Assembly: GCA_964429275.1 (NCBI GenBank)
Contig: CAYSBJ010000001.1
Span: forward strand, 62,001 to 126,000
Direction: 5' to 3'
DNA length: 64,000 nucleotides
From: an uncultured Pseudomonadota bacterium
Lineage (GTDB): Bacteria > Babelota > Babeliae > Babelales > JAUPTZ01
Shown one piece after another: positions 20,113 through 28,566 of this stretch (position 1 is the stretch's first letter; each line of letters begins with the position of its first letter). The position numbers and the translations under genes were made by a program. The notes below the pieces were generated by a model, which was not told the DNA's origin, made no database searches, and saw only the letters and a program-made list of their open reading frames with translations.

Positions 20113-20664
20113 CTACTCCTGTGACTCTCTCTGTTGCTGCAGTGTTCGTATGGTCCTGGCAGCACTATGCTCCCAGTAATACAGTGGGGTTTCAATTTTA
20201 ATACCAGCGATTAAAGCACGATCATTTCGATACATAAATCGCAATGTACCGGGAATTTTTGTTGCTACCAATGCCTCTATCTTGCCCTTTCCATCAGCAT
20301 CTAATGGATGCGAAGTACTAACGATAACTTCATGAATGCAATGCATTTTTTTATATTCTTCCTGTAGCATCTCTAAGATGCTGCCTAAAAGATGGAATTC
20401 TTTATAACGCATCACTGCACGCAAAAGTTGCATAAGCTGCCACGGCAAACCAAGACGAGCGGACAATTCATCAATAGCGCTGTGCTTTTCATCAACATGC
20501 GCACTACTTAGTTCAAGCAAATGGAATACAAGCGGGTTCGCCCGACCGCAATCACGAAGCATCTTTATCCCCGCAAACAATTCAGCCTCCGCCATTTCAT
20601 GAGTGCGCAAAAAAGCACGTGCGAAATTACGTGCCTTCTGTTTTCTTTGCGTAAGACGATTCAT
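20113..20664 (-). CDS. atpH: F-type ATP synthase subunit delta (divergent)
   Basis: ARNFARAF, V-S-T-S-HPL and DRALIAGIKI; position between b and alpha. Confidence 0.8.
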   Translation of the reverse strand: MNRLTQRKQKARNFARAFLRTHEMAEAELFAGIKMLRDCGRANPLVFHLLELSSAHVDEKHSAIDELSARLGLPWQLMQLLRAVMRYKEFHLLGSILEMLQEEYKKMHCIHEVIVSTSHPLDADGKGKIEALVATKIPGTLRFMYRNDRALIAGIKIETPLYYWEHSAARTIRTLQQQRESQE

Positions 20665-21172
20665 ATAATGTATCCTTTTTTTCAACCCCGGAAAGCTGTT
20701 TTTGTGCCCGAGACATGTACTGAGGGAAAAGCGCATCGGCCTCTTTTTCAGCCTCATGCAAAGCTTCCGTCAAAACTTTCTCTACCGTCTCCGCCACCAA
20801 TCGATCCCGCGCAACAGCTTGATGCTGCAACGCCGCCCGCACATTCATACTTTCTGCACGCTCGGCAATAATTCGCTCACGCTCGCGCTGCTTATTACTA
20901 CAAATCAAATGCCACGCTTCAAGCTTTGCCGTCAGCAAGGCTATTTGTTTTTCCTGCTGAAGGAATTGCGTAGCAAGCTGTTTCTTTTTTGACACTAAAA
21001 TCATATGCTTCTCTTGCAGTGCAAACCAGCGCTCATCTGATTCCTGACGACGCTTTTCCAAGTATGGTATTACATACTTAACAATCGCGCCATACGCTTT
21101 AATACAAAAAAGAACAAAGAAAGAAAGATTTGTCGCAATACCTATATAAAACCAATAACTAGCTTCCTGCAT
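20627..21172 (-). CDS. atpF: ATP synthase subunit b
   Basis: N-terminal TM plus long coiled coil; operon position. Confidence 0.65.
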   Translation of the reverse strand: MQEASYWFYIGIATNLSFFVLFCIKAYGAIVKYVIPYLEKRRQESDERWFALQEKHMILVSKKKQLATQFLQQEKQIALLTAKLEAWHLICSNKQRERERIIAERAESMNVRAALQHQAVARDRLVAETVEKVLTEALHEAEKEADALFPQYMSRAQKQLSGVEKKDTLYESSYAKKTEGT

Positions 21173-21527
21173 GCAGCGAATCCTCCAGTTTCTTCCTAAA
21201 TGCGGAGAGCTCTTCCGATGAAACAGGCCGCAATATAACGCGAGCAGTACTCTGCGGATTAAGCGCGATTTTTACAGCGTCATTAGCTAACTGGACCTTA
21301 ACATCCTGCTGAAATTGAACCAATTGCAATGCCTTCTCCGACTGAAAGTTGTCCACATCGACTTGTTTGAGAGTTATTTCTTCATTCAGACGACGCTCTT
21401 CGGCTTTCTGCTTAATAAGCGCATCGATTACCGGATCAAATACCATACGACGCAAAGCATAATAAACAACTAAAAAGTTTATTACTTGGATCAGTAGCGT
21501 AAGATTAAACTCTATGAGGCTTTTCAT
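21159..21527 (-). CDS. ATP synthase subunit b' (short)
   Basis: NLTLLIQVINFLVVYYALRRMVFDP is a typical b/b' N-terminus. Confidence 0.75.
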   Translation of the reverse strand: MKSLIEFNLTLLIQVINFLVVYYALRRMVFDPVIDALIKQKAEERRLNEEITLKQVDVDNFQSEKALQLVQFQQDVKVQLANDAVKIALNPQSTARVILRPVSSEELSAFRKKLEDSLHAGS

Positions 21528-21551
21528 GATGCACTATCTTTTTTCTGTGCT

Positions 21552-21800
21552 CTACGCACGAAACAACAGCATCAACGCGATAATAAACGCATAGATGGAT
21601 GATGTTTCGGCTGTTATTAATGCAAACATCATTGTACTGAAGATCGCCCCATAGCTTCCAGGGTTGCGGCTGATACTTTCACAAGCCTTACCTCCAATAT
21701 ACCCTTGACCAAGCGACGGTCCAAGCGCTCCAATGCCCATGCATATCCCAGCACTAAGGTTTGCCGCTACTTTTGCCCAGTTTATTGCTTCCATTTCCAT
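21552..21800 (-). CDS. atpE: ATP synthase subunit c, Na+-type signature
   Basis: GPSLGQG, RNP and AETSSIY; AGGAG RBS before ATG 21800. Confidence 0.93.
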   Translation of the reverse strand: MEMEAINWAKVAANLSAGICMGIGALGPSLGQGYIGGKACESISRNPGSYGAIFSTMMFALITAETSSIYAFIIALMLLFRA

Positions 21801-21859
21801 ATATGCTCCTGCTGTTAAAGTAACATTCAATATATTAGATGTTACCAGTAATGGAGCAT

Positions 21860-21888
21860 AGACTAAGACGCGACCAATCAGTTGTCAA
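21860..21888 (-). promoter_or_regulatory. Sigma70 promoter of the atpE-atpA unit
   Basis: TTGACA-17 nt-TAGTCT on the minus strand. Confidence 0.65.
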
Positions 21889-21932
21889 ATAATTAGCAAA
21901 TTCTTCGCAAGATGGCGGTAAGAACAATCTTT

Positions 21933-22571
21933 TTAGCTTGTCGTAAGTACTGCTCGAGCAGGCGCCGCTTCGCTGCCCACAAATGCGAGCGGCAATAGGT
22001 GCAACAGATAGTCCTGCCGGTCAATAAGCAGCGCACCAAGCCGCAATCCTTCGACTATAACAGCATCAACGTCAAACAAAGCCTTATGAGACGCATAGCC
22101 AGGCTGATTACGCTCAAGCCCTAGTGCATCAACACCAACAAGAGCGACTTTACATGCTGCCAAGTACTCAGCCGCTGATGCACCAAGATAAACCTCGTGC
22201 GGGTTGTATGGTCCATACGACGAGGCCAAACTATTGCGCGTTTTTAACAAAATTCGCTGGCCGGGCTGAATATTAAATGCAACCAAGTCTCTTTCTTCGA
22301 TCGACTCCCCAGTAAGAGAGGTCAAATCAAGCACGCGACAAGGACCATTCATTTTTTCAAGAGAAAGCTGCTCAATCGTTTTACCACCGGGGATAAAATG
22401 AGAGGGAGCGTCTACATGAGTACCAGTATGCATATGAAGACGTAGACATAAAGAATCCTGAACCCCATGGGTCGCTACCGTTCGAAGCTCTTGGACAACG
22501 AGGGGATGCCTATCCTTATACGAAACAGTCCTCGCGGCAAGCGGCCAACTAATATCGATTATAACGCTCAT
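21933..22571 (-). CDS. Cyclase family protein (kynurenine formamidase-like metal hydrolase)
   Basis: HTGTHVDAPSHF, VGVD, SHKALF, IVEGL, EAAPARA. Confidence 0.85.
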   Translation of the reverse strand: MSVIIDISWPLAARTVSYKDRHPLVVQELRTVATHGVQDSLCLRLHMHTGTHVDAPSHFIPGGKTIEQLSLEKMNGPCRVLDLTSLTGESIEERDLVAFNIQPGQRILLKTRNSLASSYGPYNPHEVYLGASAAEYLAACKVALVGVDALGLERNQPGYASHKALFDVDAVIVEGLRLGALLIDRQDYLLHLLPLAFVGSEAAPARAVLTTS

Positions 22572-23506
22572 TTTTCATCTTTTTCGATTTGTTCAACAGC
22601 GTGGCCACCAAAAGCATTCCGCAGAAGTGCCACCAATTTAGTCGCATAGTTTCCACCACTTTCACGTGACCAAGAACGCACCTTAAGTGCCTCTGCAATC
22701 ACCGGCAAAGGAACATTCCGCCGCTTTGCTTCATGCACCGCCCAGCGACCTGTACCATTTTCATGAATTACACCACTTGTTTGGGAAATATTTTCTGGAC
22801 GCTCAAGCACCCCAACCAACAGCTCAAGAAGCCGAGAGCGGATAATTGAACCATGCTGCCATAACTTCGCCAGCTCCGCTGCGTTCAGGGCAGGATACTG
22901 CCCTTCATAAAGAAGATGAAAGCCTTCGGCATACGCCTGCAAAACCCCATACTCTATAGCATTATGAACCATTTTTACGTAATGGCCTGCCCCGACGGGA
23001 CCAACGTGTGCATAACCGTTTACGGCTGCAAAAGAGCGCAGTACATGTTCAATGTACGGCACTACTTCACTGGCAGCCCCAAGCATAACGCAATAACCAT
23101 CCTTTGCACCATGGACGCCGCCAGAAACGCCGGCATCACTTAAAATAATACCAGAACTCATGAGAGCCTCGTGTCGCCGAAGCGTATCACTATACAAGCT
23201 GTTGCCACAGTCAACCACATACAAAGCCGTCCCGCAATCGAAAGCCGTTTTTGCAATCACCAAAGAGGCTAATACTTCATCGACTATATCACCCGCCGGC
23301 ACTAGCAATAGAATACGACTTGTCGCGTTAATAAGAGCTGCGTACGAATCAACGCGGTGCACGCCAGCTGGCGCTTTCGCTGAAGAAGATCGATCATAGC
23401 CAAACACGACATACCCCGCAGCGACTAATCGCTCTGCAATACCACTTCCCATGCGGCCAAGGCCGATGACGCCGACCGCCTCTTTAACGGCGCTCACAGG
23501 ATCCAT
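22568..23506 (-). CDS. gnd: 6-phosphogluconate dehydrogenase, short form
   Basis: GLGRMG, DCGNS, DAGVSGG, GHYVKMVHNAIEYG, LRNAFGGHAV. Confidence 0.92.
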   Translation of the reverse strand: MDPVSAVKEAVGVIGLGRMGSGIAERLVAAGYVVFGYDRSSSAKAPAGVHRVDSYAALINATSRILLLVPAGDIVDEVLASLVIAKTAFDCGTALYVVDCGNSLYSDTLRRHEALMSSGIILSDAGVSGGVHGAKDGYCVMLGAASEVVPYIEHVLRSFAAVNGYAHVGPVGAGHYVKMVHNAIEYGVLQAYAEGFHLLYEGQYPALNAAELAKLWQHGSIIRSRLLELLVGVLERPENISQTSGVIHENGTGRWAVHEAKRRNVPLPVIAEALKVRSWSRESGGNYATKLVALLRNAFGGHAVEQIEKDEK

Positions 23507-24828
23507 TCCATGTTGTTACGCTTACAGAACGCCTCCAGCTCCTTTGGTCCGTTCGTCTGCGGAGCATAGGAATGCACTGGCAATTTTTGCGCGACTAGGG
23601 CATCAGTGATCCGCCACATTTCGGCAATTTCTTCGAAGCTAACAAAGAGTGTGCGGTCTCCTTGCACAATAAGCTCCAATACTCGACCATACGCATCCAA
23701 CTGATCACGTGAATCTGGGTTCGGCCCCTCTGTAACGTGTACTGCTTCAGCAACCTCTTCCCGCCCTATTACTAAGGCAACCGAGTTATCACTAAACGCC
23801 ACGACTGCCATCGGCATATCTTCTATTCGATCCGGGTCATTTGATTTAAATTTTACGTAAATAACCAGTTTTTGCGTCGCCACCATCTTGCCAGTCTTCA
23901 CAAAGATCGCAACCTCATTCCAACGAGGAGCATCTACTGCCACGCGAGCAGCAATAAAGGTTTCAGTCATCGATCCGGAAGCAACAAAAGATTCTTTTTC
24001 ATATCCCTCATACTGCCCAAGAACCGCATCGGCAATCGACAAGCGAGCCAACACCTTTTTCTTTTCGTGACACAAGTCTGGATAATCAAGCACTGGGCTA
24101 TCCACCAATAACAACGCCACCGCTTGAAGCACATGGTTTTGCACCATATCCTGTATGGCGCCAGCCCCATCATAATATCGACCACGTAGATTGATGCCAC
24201 TCTTCTCATTCATAATAACCTGAATAGACTCAATGTTGCCGTTTACCCATAACTCATTAAACGCTTCATCAAGCATTCGCGCCACAGGAAAAGCCACCAC
24301 CGCTTTTTTGGCAAGGAAATGATCCACACGATAAATTTGATTTTCCGGCAACAAAGCACGAATATCTTTTTCTATCTTCAGCGCATCGTCACCACTGCGC
24401 CCAAATGGTTTTTCATACGCGATTCGATGCCAAAATGCTTCATCAGCATCTTGGCGATGCATCACGCCATACTTCAAGGCGTACTTAGTAATAGGAACAA
24501 AAAATTCAGAGCTTGTCGCCAGATACAACAACCGAGATTCAGAATCATCAAGCAGCGCACTGAGCTTCTTATAGAGCTTTGCATCAGCAAAATCACCGTG
24601 CACATACTGTGTTTTTTCGGAAAGAACCTGCCATGCCTTTTCATCCAACTCGCGAACGTGCGGCCGCGCCCGCTCAAGCATCTCTTGCGCGGTTAATTCA
24701 TCGTGCGCTACACCCACAAGACGATAATCGCCACCGCTCGTATGAATAAGATCGTGAATTGCCGGAATAAGTTTACGTGCGGCCAAGTCGCCGGTAGCGC
24801 CGAAAAGTATGATTGTACAAGGGTTCAT
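23494..24828 (-). CDS. zwf: Glucose-6-phosphate 1-dehydrogenase
   Basis: FGATGDLA, EKPFG, RVDHFLAK, DMVQNH, TETF. Confidence 0.92.
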   Translation of the reverse strand: MNPCTIILFGATGDLAARKLIPAIHDLIHTSGGDYRLVGVAHDELTAQEMLERARPHVRELDEKAWQVLSEKTQYVHGDFADAKLYKKLSALLDDSESRLLYLATSSEFFVPITKYALKYGVMHRQDADEAFWHRIAYEKPFGRSGDDALKIEKDIRALLPENQIYRVDHFLAKKAVVAFPVARMLDEAFNELWVNGNIESIQVIMNEKSGINLRGRYYDGAGAIQDMVQNHVLQAVALLLVDSPVLDYPDLCHEKKKVLARLSIADAVLGQYEGYEKESFVASGSMTETFIAARVAVDAPRWNEVAIFVKTGKMVATQKLVIYVKFKSNDPDRIEDMPMAVVAFSDNSVALVIGREEVAEAVHVTEGPNPDSRDQLDAYGRVLELIVQGDRTLFVSFEEIAEMWRITDALVAQKLPVHSYAPQTNGPKELEAFCKRNNMEWIL

Positions 24829-24846
24829 GAACGTTCCTTAAAATCG

Positions 24847-25863
24847 TTAACTATCTAATGGCTCCAGTTCTACCGTATTCTCAGAAATATTGCGAGCTCT
24901 CTTTGACGGCGAAGGCGCTGCGGCATTCAGATCCGGTGGCAACCGAAAATCAATCCCTGACGATACAGTAGCACTATCATCGCAAGCTCTTTTAACCAGA
25001 GATAGAGAAGCAGCATCCGAAACCGGAAGAGCATGAGAGACTAACGTTGGCGATAGCACATCCACCTCTTTTAAGCATTCAAGCCGCTTGCCAGACAAAG
25101 ATCGGTCAGGATTCGGAGAAGACGAAGAATCTGAATCTGACGAAGAATCTGAATCTGACGAAAAATCTGAATCTGACGAGGAATCGGACTCAGACAAGAG
25201 AGCTGCAGATTTAGGAAATTTAGAACTTATCCCAAAAAGATCTTGTATGAATGGAGTTATTGCCGTTCCTAAGACAGATTTATCGGCATCTTTAGACACA
25301 GCATAATCCGAAAAAAATTTGGAAAATGCATACAATGCACGTAAGTCATTCCCATAAATAAAATTAAATCTCCGTCTCTTAAGTTTCTTTAAATGCCACC
25401 CAAGCAGATCGTTTTCTTCGTCAAGACGGATTCCATCCACAAGAAAGCAGGATGGAACCATAACTACATAGATATCGGGCGCTATACACACACTCAGCAA
25501 TTTCTCACCCAAGCCATTACTTTCCAGATCTAGCGGTCGCCAGTCTCCATCAGAAAAATTCAAAATGAACGTAGTGTAATCATAAGCCCACATTATCGTC
25601 CCCACTGAGAACCCGTGTTCAGAAAGTGACCATAGTTTGACCGGGTCTTCGTCGTCTACATAGGTATCAACAACCCCACAGGATCCATCTTTGAGCCGAC
25701 TATGCGGCCGAAAAAGATACCCTTCTTGTTTTTTTCCATTGAAACAAAAAATAGCATGGTTCTTGTAGCCAGGAATCGTAGCCAGCCGATTGTCAACTGC
25801 ACACAAAGACGCACTAAAAAAAACCGAGAAAACACCCACCAATAAAAATCTTAAAAAACTCAC
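24847..25863 (-). CDS. Secreted hypothetical protein with S/D repeat and C-terminal NLS-like motif; paralog of 26111..27124
   Basis: GGAGG RBS 5 nt before GTG 25863; signal peptide; tail PSPSKRAR. Confidence 0.7.
   Translation of the reverse strand: MSFLRFLLVGVFSVFFSASLCAVDNRLATIPGYKNHAIFCFNGKKQEGYLFRPHSRLKDGSCGVVDTYVDDEDPVKLWSLSEHGFSVGTIMWAYDYTTFILNFSDGDWRPLDLESNGLGEKLLSVCIAPDIYVVMVPSCFLVDGIRLDEENDLLGWHLKKLKRRRFNFIYGNDLRALYAFSKFFSDYAVSKDADKSVLGTAITPFIQDLFGISSKFPKSAALLSESDSSSDSDFSSDSDSSSDSDSSSSPNPDRSLSGKRLECLKEVDVLSPTLVSHALPVSDAASLSLVKRACDDSATVSSGIDFRLPPDLNAAAPSPSKRARNISENTVELEPLDS
25121..25192. repeat. 18-bp tandem repeat, 4 units (encodes DSDSSS-type hexapeptides)
   Basis: GACGAAGAATCTGAATCT twice, plus two degenerate units. 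Confidence 0.85.
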
Positions 25864-26053
25864 TCGATCCTCCGAAAATAAAAATATTAATCGGCCGGGC
25901 AGCGACGTGAAAAATCTACCCAAAAGGGTTAGGGGACTCTTAATGCTGAATAAGAGAATAACGGCAATTGAGACTATTTAGGGAGGGGCTTGTTTTGTTC
26001 ACACTACTGCATGAGGGAATAACATCATACACGTTTGCCTCAAAAAAACCTAT
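25833..26053. repeat. Direct repeat copy 1 (promoter, leader and start of signal peptide); partner 27094..27316
   Basis: One mismatch over the first ~119 nt, further conserved blocks beyond. Confidence 0.95.
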
Positions 26054-26110
26054 GGTTACGAGCATTCTGTTCTTTTTACAAAAAAACGCCCCCCATTATT
26101 ACGCCTCGTC

Positions 26111-27124
26111 TTACGCTTCTGGATCACCAACAGATAAGTCTTTACAAGCCTTTTTAGATGGCGATGGTTCAACATCATCTAAGATCAACGGCACCTCGGA
26201 AACCGATGTCGGCGTTGATATCTCACCCTCAGTTAGGCCAGCCGCCTCAGGACTGGATGGCAACCGCCGAGGAATTGGTGAAAATGCAGATCCTGCTGCT
26301 CCAAAAGAAACAGCGCCGGTCGTACTTACTGGCGCTAAACCAAAATAGGACCTAACACGAGGTGTAATAGCATACTTGACCTGATTAACGAATTCAGAAA
26401 GAGGCTCACACGACAACATACTTTTAATTTCCCCGCTGAATTCTGGATTGCAATAATAGGCAAATGCACCAAAAGCGCTCCATGCGGTATACAAGCAAAC
26501 GCTTGGAGACACAGGTAACAATGTCGTGCTAAACTCCACCGAGTTATGCGCTTCTTTGTAATCAGGATTCAGATGCTCATACTGAGCAATAAATTCGTCA
26601 GAATAGAGCGGGTTAACCGAATCCTTTTCAGCACGTTCAGAATTTGCTACAAGCTCTTCCAAAAGCCACTCTCTATGAGAAAGGCTAGGGTCTGAAGGCT
26701 TGCCCGACACCTGCATAATACGCGGAATAGTAACAACATAAATATTACGAAAGACTTGAATACTTGGCAACGGGTAGCCCCAAAAATTTTCTTTAGCCAG
26801 AACGCCTAGCCGCCACTTTCCATACTCAAACCGCAAAAAGAAAGAAGTATCACCAACACACGTAAACCCTGTAGTTTTCCAGCCATTGGGGCTGCTAAGC
26901 GTGAAGGGCGTAACAGTTACTTCTGAGATATCATAAACTGCATTTCCATGCACATCAGGATGAAACATAAAACTTTTTTGAGTAGCCGTATTAATACAAA
27001 GAATAGAATAACTATCAAAGCGGTCAAGTTTCGTTCGATCATCAAGGGTTGCTGTATCCATCGCCAAGAGACCACTGCTTAAACCAATACTCGCACCCAC
27101 CAATAAAAATCTTAAAAAACTCAC
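26111..27124 (-). CDS. Secreted hypothetical protein with C-terminal NLS-like motif; paralog of 24847..25863
   Basis: GGAGG RBS before GTG 27124; shared IYVV-x-x-P and AITP blocks; tail PSPSKKACK. Confidence 0.7.
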   Translation of the reverse strand: MSFLRFLLVGASIGLSSGLLAMDTATLDDRTKLDRFDSYSILCINTATQKSFMFHPDVHGNAVYDISEVTVTPFTLSSPNGWKTTGFTCVGDTSFFLRFEYGKWRLGVLAKENFWGYPLPSIQVFRNIYVVTIPRIMQVSGKPSDPSLSHREWLLEELVANSERAEKDSVNPLYSDEFIAQYEHLNPDYKEAHNSVEFSTTLLPVSPSVCLYTAWSAFGAFAYYCNPEFSGEIKSMLSCEPLSEFVNQVKYAITPRVRSYFGLAPVSTTGAVSFGAAGSAFSPIPRRLPSSPEAAGLTEGEISTPTSVSEVPLILDDVEPSPSKKACKDLSVGDPEA

Positions 27125-27316
27125 TCGATCCTCCGAAAATAAAAATATTAATCGGCCGGGCAGCGACGTGAAAAATCTACCCAAAAGGGTTGGGGGACTC
27201 TTAATGCTGAATGGGGAATGTACAGCAATTCAAACTATCTAAAAGAGGGGCTTGTTTTGTTCACACTACTGCAATGAGGGAATGAGATCATACACATTTG
27301 CTTCAAAAAAACCTAT
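27094..27316. repeat. Direct repeat copy 2; partner 25833..26053
   Basis: Direct comparison, offset 1261 nt. Confidence 0.95.
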
Positions 27317-27355
27317 ACTTGCGCACATTTTGTATTTTCACAACCAGGACTTCTC

Positions 27356-28534
27356 ATGAAAAGACGCCTATTACTGCTCCTCCTGCTCCTCACTTGCGGC
27401 CTGAGCCAAGACTCACTCTCAACCCGACAGACCGGTACCTCCCTCACCCTCTCACAAGGAGAAAAAGCCACTACAAACTCAATGCCTTATTGGCTCAAAA
27501 AAGCTAAGGACTATCAGTCACCAAACATACTACCAGCCGCAATCACCGTAGAAACCTTATTTGGCTCACTCAAAATTACCGAGCCACTACTCATTGAGCT
27601 TATAACCCACCCAGTCCTTGAACGATTAAAAGGTGTAGACCAACATGGCCCCGCAACTCATTTTGGTAAATGGCCAAGCTGGTCACGTTATGAGCATAGC
27701 GTCGGCGTATTTGCTTTGCTGCACATCCACAACTGCCCCCTCGTCGAGCAAGTCGCGGGCCTCTTGCACGATGCATCTCATACCGCTTTTTCTCATTCGG
27801 CCGACCACCTTTTTAATACCGGCAATGAACATTCCTATCAAGATTCAATTCACAACCAATACCTGGAGCGCATGGGCCTCAGGCCTCTCCTTGCGCGTTA
27901 TGGATTCACCATCGATGACATTAACCCGGATCGCCCAGAATTCACCGGCCTTGAGCAAAAAAATCCGATTTTGTGCGCTGACCGCATCCACTATAACTTT
28001 CATGCTGGCCTCGCACATGGACACCTCACCCAAGAGCAAATATATGAGATGGCAAAATCACTGCATTTTGAAAACGGCAAATGGTTTTTTGATAACCAAG
28101 AATACGCTCGAAAATTAGCCGATATCGCGCTCCATTATTGTGAACACTCCCTTGCGCCAGCTGCCAATTTGGTATGGCACCATTGGCTTTGTAATGCACT
28201 CCGTCGCGCTGCCGAACTCGGACTCGTAAACTCAGACGAGATTCACTTCGGAACCGACTCCTACATTTTAGCAAAGCTTGAAGCCAGCCAAGATCGCTCT
28301 ATCAAAGAAATGCTCGCGAAATGCCGCGCACCCCTCAACCATTATTGCAGCGTTGATGACACTACAGCGGCCGACCTGGTGGACTATCCAAAACTCCGCG
28401 CCATCGACCCTTTGGTAAAACTGCCTGGCGAAACAGAAGGGCTTGTACTAACCGCACGAGACGAAGACTATCAAGATGCGATGGAAGGATTGCGGGAAAA
28501 ACTGAAGGCCGGGATGAAAGTACGGTTCTTGTAG
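27356..28534 (+). CDS. HD-domain phosphohydrolase (SAMHD1/YdhJ-like) with signal peptide
   Basis: RLKGVDQHG, SRYEHSVGV, GLLHDASHTAFSH, CADRIHY; N-terminus MKRRLLLLLLLL. Confidence 0.88.
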   Translation: MKRRLLLLLLLLTCGLSQDSLSTRQTGTSLTLSQGEKATTNSMPYWLKKAKDYQSPNILPAAITVETLFGSLKITEPLLIELITHPVLERLKGVDQHGPATHFGKWPSWSRYEHSVGVFALLHIHNCPLVEQVAGLLHDASHTAFSHSADHLFNTGNEHSYQDSIHNQYLERMGLRPLLARYGFTIDDINPDRPEFTGLEQKNPILCADRIHYNFHAGLAHGHLTQEQIYEMAKSLHFENGKWFFDNQEYARKLADIALHYCEHSLAPAANLVWHHWLCNALRRAAELGLVNSDEIHFGTDSYILAKLEASQDRSIKEMLAKCRAPLNHYCSVDDTTAADLVDYPKLRAIDPLVKLPGETEGLVLTARDEDYQDAMEGLREKLKAGMKVRFL

Positions 28535-28566
28535 TCTAAGACACACCGCGGTTCTTATTAAAACTT

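Noticed and set aside
25121..25192. Short tandem repeats as a possible CRISPR array
   Set aside because: 18-bp in-frame coding units with no spacers and no cas genes
25864..25923. N-terminal extension MGRFFTSLPGRLIFLFSEDR in both paralogs (also 27125..27184)
   Set aside because: GGAGG lies 5 nt before the downstream GTG that starts a signal peptide, so the extension is leader sequence.
25968..26348. 126-aa plus-strand ORF
   Set aside because: It overlaps the duplicated promoter and the antisense of 26111..27124, and has no motif.
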